Assembly (NCBI GenBank): GCA_963514005.1
Contig: OY740808.1
Span: forward strand, 13,950,001 to 14,014,000
Direction: 5' to 3'
DNA: 64,000 nt
From: Raja brachyura
Lineage: Eukaryota
Positions 11,634-22,117 of this stretch are shown here, piece after piece. Made by a program: the position numbers and the translations under genes. Below the pieces are notes generated by a model. The model was not told where the DNA came from and searched no databases. It saw only the letters and a list, made by a program, of their open reading frames with translations. Positions within the stretch are counted from its first letter, which is position 1. Every line of letters starts with the position of its first letter.

Positions 11634-12743
11634 GTAGGAAACTTTGTTCGAAAGAGTGAGAACATTAATTGCATGTATGTTAAGATCAACCGATGTGTTA
11701 TTTTAGGGCCACTGTGGTAAATTCAATAGTTTGGGATATAGAAATATTCCCAATGTTGACCTTTTAAAAAACAAACTGGTGTTATTGATGTTATGAAATT
11801 ACTAATCGAAATGCTGTCCAATGAAAAAATATTTTTTCCCTAATTATAAAATTTGTCTGTGGCGGTTTTCATTTTGTTCCTATATCTCTGCTGAGAAATT
11901 AGTGAAAATGATAATTGCTAAACATGTTTTAAAAAAAATCTCATGACTGAAATTGGTCCTAGATTGATTTACCATGAAGTATTCCATCCGAAGCATGTTG
12001 TGAAAGGAATTCTTTATAGCTATCACTTTGTCATAACTATTATGTTTTTGCCCAGCTTCTTCAGCTATTGGTTTGAAACAATGTGAATTCAGTATTGGTA
12101 ATTTATCCATTAATCTGTGTATTTTATTTATTATGGTTCTTGTCTATTCAGTAGCTTATTTGTTGCATGTAATTTACTGGCTTTTCCTTGAGTAAAAGGA
12201 AAAGATTATTCCTATGCATTTGCAAAAAGGAAAAGGCCAATAGGAGGCAGCATTATGTTGAAGAAATAGTGAAGTTCTGAAAATGTCTTGTTTCTCAATG
12301 TGTGAAAATGAAAGTATTTTGGCTAATATATCATTAACTCACATGTTTAGTCCGTATGCGTCTAGATTTGAATTTGACAATGCGCAAAATGTAGAGGCTA
12401 GTATGAACAGAAGTGTTATTAAAAGGAATAGGGAACGATTTTTTTGGTGGGATAAATATTGGGAAATGGGCAGTAATTCAACCTTTTACTCATCAGAGAT
12501 TTACTTTATAGCCATAAATTGATTGAAGTGCAGTTTGTTTTGCAAGCAGATTGATGTAGTCAAATTGATGTATCATTTACTCCAAAGAGGAAGTGATAAA
12601 TATTTGAATTTAAGGAATATCTAATACAATGAACCCGTGTGATGCAATACATATGGCTGGATTGGTTTTGTAAAGGACTGACAATTAGATCATGGTTGAT
12701 TGGGATCTGAGTATTCCATAAATTTATTTAGAGATTAAGAGCT

Positions 12744-13540
12744 TTCAAGTTCAAGTTTACATTTATTGTCACATGCACCAATTGGTACAGTGAGATATGA
12801 GTTACCATACAGCCATACGAATAAAAAGAACACAACACACGAAAGAATTTAACATGAACATCCCCACACAGCGGAATCAACGTTTCGCACTGTGAGGGAA
12901 GACAATAAAGTTCAGTCATCTTCTTCTTTGTTCACAAGGGGCCTCGAGCCCTCCGCAGTCGTTGCTACGGCGGCCCGATGTTCAGGCCCTCCGCCGGGAT
13001 GATCGAAACTCTGACGTCGGAACGGAAGAACATTCTCAGTGGCTTGGAGTTTCTGAATCGGCCACTTTTATTACCGGAGACCACGGCTCCCAAAGTCTAC
13101 AGGCCGAGCTGGGCGGAGATTCAACATTGGCGGCCCTCGGCAAAGGGATCCCAGGACTCCGCAATGTTAAAGTCAGCGCTGCCCACGGCTGGAAGCTCCA
13201 CAAACCACAGCTCCACGGTATTAAAGTCGGCAGTCCCAGCACACTGGAGCTCCACAGTAAGGCATCGCCCGCTCCGTGATGGTACTTCACTGCTGCGCAG
13301 GAAAGGCCGCGCCAATCCAGATGGTAGGCCGCTAGGAGGAGGCGAAGATGCGGCTCGCAGGAAAGACGCATCCTCGACCAGGTAGTGACTGAGAAAAAAA
13401 GTTTTCCCCTTCCCCCCCCATCCCCCACATAAAAAGAATAAAAGACCTCCAAAACAACTTTTTGACAGACTAAAAATTAAAAAAAAGATGAAAGGACGAA
13501 CAGCTGCAGGCGATGCTGCCATACTCAACAGCACCCCCTA
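12744..13540 (-). mobile_element. GC-rich non-coding retroposon (bipartite family, copy 1)
   Basis: Head ggcagcatcgcctgcagctgttcgtcctttc, then T and G tracts and a CpG-rich body. Tail is a hairpin, tgacaataaa and (cttgaa)n. Homologous to 29372-30025, 31153-31502 and 41190-41992. Confidence 0.75.
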
Positions 13541-14509
13541 CCCCCTGACCCCTACCCTTTGTATATACTTTTGAGCAAAACCAACAAATTCCTTGCAAAT
13601 TATTCATCTTTGCCTGTTATGGATACAGCTGAGCTTGATAGATGATTCCATTGATCTCGACCAAACTTTTAAGATATAAAATCACCAGACTGTAGGAAAT
13701 AAAATGCTTATAGCTAGAGATTCACTGAAAATGGATAACATTTTCATCATAAATAATCTGATTGATGTAGAATAGTATTAATTTTCTGTAAGAAATTGAT
13801 ACAACATTAGATTGAAATGTGTGTGGGTGCTATTCTGTTGACGTATTGATCCCATCACATTGGTTTCCTGGTTTGAATTTGTGATCAGGAAACTCATGTT
13901 TGCCAGATTTATGGACTGTTTGTTTTTGTTAATTTGGCAATTCAACCTGAGTTCAGTAATATTGTTGTGGTCATCTTCTATAATTAGATTTTTGGTTCTG
14001 CTTCTATGTTTATATTGTTTTCGTTTGATTTTTAAAAAATTCTAAACTTTTTTTGTTTTTCAAGTGATTGAAGGTTTTATTAAAAAATAACATAGTAATT
14101 ACAGAATATAGACAATTATGGCACCCATCAATTATCTTTTACAGTGTAGGCAGTATATGTACTGGACCGAATGCGTGTTACATGGAATGCTCGCTTATGA
14201 AGTAAACTGCTGAGTCCATTTATTGAAATCACATATTGCATATTTTTTATATAATAAAAAATGTCCTTTAATGAGTTTAAATTATAAAATATAATTATAT
14301 ATACATATACTTTATTTTTTGCAATGAAATGCATAATTCTCTATGATTGAATAAACTACAGTTGGCAAATGATCTACATTATATCACAATTGTTGTGTTT
14401 CCGTGGAAAAAGGCTTGATAAAGAAAAATTGGGATTTACTCCATGGTTTGTGGAAAGCCACATTTTAAAGCCATGTGGGCTGTAAAGTCCATCATTTTCT
14501 TTCTGGACC

Positions 14510-15197
14510 CAGGGGCGCAAAACCAGGGGGGGCCAGAGGAGACACGTCCCCCCACAAGTTTTTGTCATCCTGATTTTAAAATCTCCGCTTTCTGCAAGAC
14601 AGTGGAGGTGGGACTGCTGATCGAGGGAGCCGATTGTACGAGAGACATGTCGGTCAACAGGCAATGGGGGCGGGACATGATGATTCAGCGTGATGATTGC
14701 AGGAGGGAGTAGTGGGGGGGGGGGGGGGGGGGGGGGGTGGGACTGAGGATAGAGTATGGCGATTGGAGGAGGGAAACGTGGCTCAGACCAGGATCGATCC
14801 CGGCCGGGTCTCCACCCGAGTGCCACCCCCCCCCCCCCCCACAGGTGGCCAGAGAGGTCGGGAATCAGACGCAAGCAGTACCTCCAGGCCCACAGCCAGC
14901 GCAGAGAAGCAGCGCTAAACCCAGCTCACTCTGCCTGTCCCACCAGGTGAACCTGCCTGGGCTTGCGGGAAATATGGCCAGCGTGGAGAAGCATCGCTGG
15001 TATCCCGTCAGTCCAGTCAGGGCTTGTAGGTCAACCCGGCGAGACAGGCAGAGTTGAGCTGGTTTTGGCACTGGATTGAGCCTCTGAAGCCTTGCGCATG
15101 TGTGTGTGAGTGTGCGCATGCGCGCATGGCCGCCAAAAAATTGTGTCCACCCTGTCCCCCGGTCCCCTCCATGTTTTGATAGCGAGTTCCGTGCCTG
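14510..15197. mobile_element. Non-autonomous hAT DNA transposon
   Basis: 8-bp TSD TCTGGACC at 14502-14509 and 15198-15205. Imperfect TIRs CAGGGGCGCAA and TTCCGTGCCTG (8/11). Confidence 0.85.
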
Positions 15198-15892
15198 TCT
15201 GGACCCAACTGTTTCAACATGCGAAGAAATAGCCTTTCAGTAGTTAAGTGTGTACGATAGATATCGAATTTGGCATCTGGACTGGAAATGTTAACTATCT
15301 CTCTTTCCACTGAGCATTTCCAGTATTTTCTGTTATCATGTTTTGAATCACAACGTTTTCAGTGCAATGCAATTAAAACTTGATTTAAACTGGAGGAAAT
15401 CATGTGTCTGGTCATTTCTGGTCATATTACACAATTGAACCATTATAAAATGTGGTCAATTTGTCAGGCTTGACCATAGCGCATCTAAAATGATCATGAC
15501 AATCATTTGGCAGCCATAAATAAAACTGGTCATCATCCTGCTGATTTCTCCATTCTGTTGAAAGCAGGACTTCAGAGTTTGGGATTTTGTTAAATGAGGA
15601 GATGAAAGTGTGAAGAATAACATCGTGCTTTTTGGCCAGATAAATTCCTACTAGCTAATTTAGTCGGTGCCACTGTGGTCATAATGCTCACATCACTCCT
15701 TGAATGGGAGCTTGCGGCGAGAAATTGTAGGCAAGGCCAGAGGATTAAGGAGTGATGTGCAAATGAGGAAGCTTAGACCAACACTTATTATTCCTGACAT
15801 TTTTTGAGGCATAGGCACATCTTACCTCTTGAGTTTTTAAAGGAGCAAAATTGTACCTGTGCCTCTCTGTATTCTGGATTTGTTGGGTAGTT

Positions 15893-16127
15893 GTAGAGTT
15901 ATACAGCACGGAAACTCAATCATGCCTACCTGAGCTGGTCCCTTTTACATGCGTTTGTCCCATATCCTCTGCTAGCTTATCTTCATAACTCAAGCCCTCA
16001 AGCCCCAGAAACATCCTCTTGAATCTTCTCTGCACCCTCTCTTGGTTAACAACAATGTTACATCTCAAAGCTTCATCCATTAGGCAAAAATGCCATGCAC
16101 CTCACCTTCTTCACTATTTAGTCTACA
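15893..16127 (-). mobile_element. CR1 LINE fragment
   Basis: Tail tagagttatacagcacggaaac and RT remnant aaacatcctcttgaatcttctctgcaccctctc. Confidence 0.7.
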
Positions 16128-16659
16128 TGTGGTGAAAAAACGTTACTTAAATAACAACTAAACAAACAGGTTCGCTTCTTAATAAACAGACAGCACACAA
16201 ACTGTTTGGTAGACCAGTTCAAAACATTACTTACTATCGGCCGATGGAGGGGAGCGAGAACTCTCGTCAAGTGAGCAATACAGACACTTCACTTGTCCTT
16301 AGTCCACTTCTCCGAACAACAGAATTACATCGTATTATATAGTGTTTTTTTGTCACCTTAGCACATTCCACAAACATTAGTCATGGTCATAGGAACAGGA
16401 AATAAAGATCACTACAGGATGCGCCTGAGTAGTCTCATCACCTCAAAGGCATCTTGTCATATGGTACAAGGACTTTACATATCAAAGGCGTCAGCCATTT
16501 GTCATTGCCCCTTACTGGGATCAATCTAGTTTCCTCTCTCATCACCTCCTCCCTCATAAACATCGGACATTTGTCCCAATACCCCTTACTGGGATTAATC
16601 TGGGCTTCCTTTCTCGCCAAATGCTAAACGCATTTTAAGTCATTCATTATCTCACTACA
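16128..16659 (-). mobile_element. Probable solo LTR
   Basis: Termini TGTGGTGA...TCACTACA (7/8 inverted). Minus-strand TATA at about 16334-16341. Internal tandem duplication ccccttactgggat(c/t)aatct at about 16508 and 16582. No TSD seen. Confidence 0.6.
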
Positions 16660-17711
16660 CAGTAACCTGAGGCAAGCCTTTCTGTATTAATTTACTGGAG
16701 AAAAGCCTAATTGGAGACTAAATATAAGCTGTAATCTTTTCTTATATTTTTAACATAATTCATCATATCAGTGGCATGATTTTCAGGGAATTGTGCATTA
16801 TTCATCCTTAAAATTACATGATATTCAGTCTGAACTGATTTATTTTAAGGTCAATATCACAGTCAATCTCAACTTCAAGATCACTTCAGATGACAGCTGT
16901 GCTACACATAATAGTTTTCTTTACACTGAAGCATTAGAGAGGTCTTTCAAGCTTGATGTTCTAGGATACTTGATTTAATATACATTAACTTGAGAGAGGA
17001 GGAGGTGGCATTCTGTAAATTATGGTTTGACATAATTGCAGTCCTTCCAAATATTCAGCTTATTGTTGACAGCACTCATGGCGTAGGATCTTCCTTGAAG
17101 AAGCCTGAGTTCTGCAAAATGAGAAAGGGCTTCTACTCTCTTGATGAGCATGGAAGTTGATCATGAAACACATCTTCTTTAATTCACTGCCATGTTTCCT
17201 CGACGCTAACATGATATCTTAATTCCTAGGAACTTTCCTTAGCCAAACAGCTTTAATAAACAATGCTATCGTGAGGGATGAATCTTGGAAGGAAAGGGTT
17301 AAGTTGTATTTGTATGACTTACATAACAGTGGATCATTCCTCCAATGAGCGCCATGGTATTCCTGGGATGTTAGTGGAGAACAATAATAGCTTTCTCAAG
17401 TTGAGATTCTGGATACACAAGTCAGGGGACATATTACACTGGACAGTGGTCATTTTACAAGTTGTGTGGATACACAAATCAGGAGACATATTACAGTGGG
17501 TTCTTTGCAGATGTAGTGTTTGCAGATGTGACATATATGCTCCGCAACCTTGCTAGCAGCAGGGCACACCAGATGTCTGGAACAGTCCAGCAAGGAGATA
17601 AGGTGTCAGAGAGTTAGGAGTCATAAGAAGATGAATAGCTAAAGGAGGATGAGGGTCAATTTGGTGGTAATTGGATCAACAGTGGATGAGTTGCCCCAAC
17701 AAGATGAGGAG

Positions 17712-17898
17712 AAGGACACACAGTGCTGGAGCAACTCAGCATTTCTGGAGAACATGGATAACATGGATAGGTGATGTTTTGGTTAGAGAAACGTCAGCTA
17801 TCCATGTTCTCTAGAGATGCTGCCTGACCTGCTCAGTTACTCCTGCTCTTAGTGCCCGTTTGTGTATTAACTAGCACCTGCAGTTCTTTGTTTCTACA
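17712..17898. mobile_element. Palindromic Penelope-derived mini-element
   Basis: gtgctggagcaactcagc...catggataggtga is inverted with gtcagctatccatg...ctgctcagttactcc. Confidence 0.7.
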
Positions 17899-18664
17899 AG
17901 ATATGGGGAAGCTAGCGCAGGGGGAGGGTTATGTTTGGTTATGCATCTAGGGATTCTTTAATGGTTAGAACATTCTTTTCAAAATTTAACACGATCCATG
18001 ATGGTCCCTTCCCATTATTTAATCCTTTCCCCATTCCATGTCGACAGAATATAATATTTAAAAAGTCACCACAATATCCTATCTGACACCTCCAGTTTAA
18101 ATTCCAGTTGGATTATTTTGGAGGACCAAGTAACCAAGAACCAAGAACCAAGAACTTCCCAAGCTGCTGTTCGCTTTCTGTGTTGTCACTATAAAAGACA
18201 ATTCAACTACTTCCACTCCTTGCCTTCTCACCATCACTCTTCAAATTATTCTCTTCCAACTGATTTTCCTTCTGGTTGCTATGATTGAATTTGGCTTCAC
18301 CACCGACCTGCCCCACCTCTACCTCGGCAGCGAATCCTAAATATGAACAGCATGCTATGAAAACAAATTGGTGCTCATGTCACTTCTAGTTCTTTTGCTA
18401 AATCCTTTGGTTCTTGACTCTTCCACTGTTGGAAACTGTTTTTCTCCATCTGATTTCTCTGGAGATATTTTTCATTTTGTATGCATCTCACTGCCTTCTA
18501 CTGGGCTCAGAATATTTGCTCAACTATTTGATTTAAAATTGTCTTTAATATTTGATGTTTAGCATTTGTTTCAACTTAATAAAAAAACAAATACAAATTT
18601 CAGTGCTTTTTTTATCCTGTTGATTTTCTTACATATGTTCAGATGGTGTTCAGCTAGCATGTTG

Positions 18665-19095
18665 TCAGGTTGAGCAAGCTAGGACTTTATTCCTTGGAGT
18701 GCAAGACGATGAAGGGGTAATCATATAGTGTTATACAAGATCATGAGAGGAATAGATAGGGTAACCCCACAGAGTCTTTCACCCTGAGTAGGGAAATCAA
18801 GAACCAGAGGACATTGGGTTAAGATGAGGATGGAATGATTTAATAGGAATCCGAAGTCCATTTCTTTTACACAAAGAGTGGTAGGTATATGGAACAAGGT
18901 GGCGGAGGAGGTTGTTGAGGTAGTTACTATCACAACGTTTAAGAAACATTTAGACAGGTACATGGATAGGATAGGTTTAGAGGGATATAGGCCAAACGCA
19001 GGTGGGACTAGTGTAGATGGGGCATGTTTGTTGGCATTGGAAAGCTGGGCCGAAGGGCCTGCTTCCACATTGTGTGTCTCTGCAATTCTATAACT
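18665..19095 (+). mobile_element. CR1 LINE 3' end
   Basis: FFTQRVVGIWNKVAEEVVEVVTITTFKKHLDRYMDRIGLEGY followed by the typical 3' UTR hairpin. Confidence 0.88.
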
Positions 19096-21157
19096 TGCCA
19101 CTAGGTGGTGTAAATCATCTTTGATTCCAATGCATCATAGCATAGGAATTAAAATATGTAACACAACTTTCAGCATTCCTCAATTGAACAGCAATTTATA
19201 CATGGTGAATTGAGATATTGACCATTCACAGATTATTTTACATCACTCTGGAAGTTTTTATCAGACAATTCAGGGTGTGAATCATCCTGTGATAGGCACG
19301 TGGAATTATGACATTTCTCTTGGAACATTGTTTTAGAGATTGTAAGAGATCTTGGATCATGTTGTCCCAGACAAGATCATTATTGGACATTCCTGAGAGA
19401 TACTGGTCCTCTCAGTGCAATGGTAAAGTGAAACTTGCCTTCATATCTTGGACTCCCCAGATGGTACCAAAGATTTCTTCATGCCCTCCCACCATCCCCA
19501 GTCTCTCCACTAGCCATCCATTCATGATCAGTCAAAATGTCGAGCTCCCACAAAACATTAGAAGATTAGTAGGGTTTATGGTCTGTGGCTATTTGGTATC
19601 CGTGGCTGCTTGTTATCCACAATCAGCCTGATAATTGAGAATTCAGTGGCACAGATTCATTGTCAAAATATGTATTACTTCCATCAAATTACCACTCGAA
19701 CATTTCCACCCTCTCTTGATCTCTCTTGATCCATAATGTACATACCATTTTGCAATCTTGAGTTCAAGGCCCTGACCACCATTGCCCAATTTATTACTTG
19801 GCAAGCAATCTTCCATTCTTCAATCCCCTGTGTTCAAATTCCCAACACCACCCTCCCCCACCCACCCTCCCCCACCCACCCTCCAATTATTTTAGTGTAT
19901 CATGATCCCTCTAGTCCACTTCCCTGATCTGTCCACTCCTCCACTGTATTGCCCCTCCATAATGTACTTGTGTCCAAGATTATAATTCCCTTTCCAATCC
20001 CCTTCAACCATCCAAAACTTTGTTGGTGTCCTGATTTTGCAGTCTCCACCATCCAAAATGAGTGTTGTATGTACTAATTTTATCCCATCTCACCATTCAA
20101 ATTTTACTGCTAATCACCCGATTTTCCATTCTCCCTTTCCGATGACTATTCCAAATTCTACCCGAATCCTTGTTCCTACCTTTCCACACCCCATCAAAAT
20201 ATTACTGCAGTATTGCAATCTCATTTCCATCCAGATCTGAGTTCTGGCGTCCTAGTTTTTCTTCTTTCTTCTCTCCAGAAACATCAACTATAAATGCTGG
20301 TATTTTTTGCCCTGTCCGCATTAACTCTCCATCCATTTACTGGATTCTGATAGACCCTCGAATGAAGCTGAAAGAAACGGCTGTTGCTAGAATCTGGAAC
20401 ATAGAACAGAATACTGGAAGAACACAGTGGATCACACGGCATCTGTAAAGGTGTACGTTAATGGTTCTGGTCAAGATCTGAAATGTTGGCTTACACCCTT
20501 CTCTTCAACAGATACTACTTGAGCCACTGAGTTCTACCATTGTTTTGCTTTAAGTTATGAAGCACACTACTACACCTTACCCCCACTTTGGCCTCATTAG
20601 AGGCCTGTTGAAGCCTTTCGCCTTTGGTTATCTTGAAACTGACCCATAAATTGATTACTGGCACACTGTTGATGCTGAATATGTTCAGCATTAGTTGTAC
20701 ACAAATGATAGTCATAACATCGTTGTGGCATGTATCTTCTGGATGAAATTGCTGAAAATAGCTACTCCATTTTTTAAATGTTGAAAATGCATTGATGGAG
20801 TTTTGTTAATTGATTCCCCATCAGAATGATCCAGAAGATGTATGACCGCAGCATCTAATATAAATTGCATGTAAAGATGTAATGTATGCCTTTTTCTGTG
20901 TTAGTTTAATACCATTCATTAAATCTTGCTGTATTATCAGCTGTACACCAATTATTGTTCCCATTATGTTACTAAATGCTTAGGATACAAATATATATTA
21001 AAACTTTATTTGTTTGTTCTTCCTTCTCTACAAACCCTTTCCTTTTTATATGATTGTCTTCTCTTACACCCAATGATAGATCTCCTTCCTGAGTTTATTT
21101 AGTGCTGTACCAAGGAGATTACCACCATTGTTGAGCCTGTGTTGAGAGCGCCTTAAA

Positions 21158-22100
21158 CCGATGCTTCTTAAACTGGTGAATGGTTCACCCAAGTTCGAAT
21201 GAAAATTATTTTGGTGTGAATGAAGGGTAAATGACTTAATTTATTTAGATATTTATATAATCTGGCTTTAACCTGGAGTCAGGCTTTAAGTCGGTGTGAA
21301 ATGTTGGTTGGGGAGGGGTGGGGGGGGAGGGGAGGGGTGGGGAGGGGATACCTGGGTTAAGTTTCTGTTTATCCAACCTGCAGTGGAAATCGTTCAGCTC
21401 ATATAGACTCGGATTTGCTGATTTTTATTTTTGCTTGCAAATTAAGACACTATGTCTTTGTTGAAGTACCTTAAGAAACCAGCTTTAAAGGAGGGCCTGA
21501 AGAAGGGTTTCGGCTCGAAACGTTGCCTATCTCCTAGTCTGAAGAAGGGTTTCGGCCCGAAACATTGCCTATCTCCTTTGCTCCTTAGATGCTGCTGCAC
21601 CTGTTGAGTACTCCAGCCTTTTGTGTACCCAGGACTCTAGATGAGGGATGTGAAGGGTGACAATGAAACTGAGGATAACAAACTTAAAAATGCAACTTTT
21701 TACATCAAGGTAAAGGAAGTGACATCTTCGATGTCCTTGGGAAAATAAAAGCCATGAAAATGAAGATCACCACGTGGCAGAGTATCATTTGTAAAGGCAA
21801 TTTGTCCAATTTCCCACATATGGAAAGCTTCCTCAGAGAGTGTGAGTGGGAAGAAAAGCAACCTGATCTGGAGAAAACACTGAAGGACATCATTTCCAAC
21901 CATCTGCAATTACTGTCTAAACATTTTGAAACATATTTTCCTCAAAAGCATCTGCAGGACTTGGGAAATCAGATGTGGATTGTTAATCCTTTTATCACCA
22001 GCCACATCAAGCGAGCAGATTTTGGGGAAATGTCAGAAATGTTGATGGAGCTTCATTATGACCACTCAAAATTCATCTTTTGAGATGTACTCCTACTATG
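21158..22100 (+). mobile_element. Internally deleted hAT (Charlie/ZBED5-like) transposon remnant
   Basis: Charlie-like left end (ccgatgcttcttaaact) and a possible start MSLLKYLKK at 21452. ORF 21754..22083 (GNLSNFPHM...NHLQLLSKHFETYFP...WIVNPF) resembles the Charlie transposase region preceding the dimerisation domain. Confidence 0.7.
21493..21630 (+). mobile_element. Penelope-derived insert with two tandem hammerhead-like cores
   Basis: ctgaagaagggtttcggc(t/c)cgaaac(g/a)ttgcctatctcct repeated at 21497 and 21539 (42-nt period). Confidence 0.85.
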
Positions 22101-22117
22101 GAGACTATTAGGTTGGA

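Noticed and set aside
12962-15310. Many overlapping 60-170 aa ORFs (also at 29387-30112 and 41399-41974)
   Set aside because: Expected by chance in GC-rich repeats. No domain similarity and no frame conserved between family copies.
17410-17499. Two copies of a 33-bp sequence with 57-nt period (CRISPR-like spacing)
   Set aside because: Only two imperfect copies, in a vertebrate intron with no cas genes. A simple local tandem duplication.
21754-22083. ZBED5/SCAND3-like host gene exon
   Set aside because: Bounded by stops, with no supporting splice pattern, and embedded in a deleted transposon interrupted by other elements.
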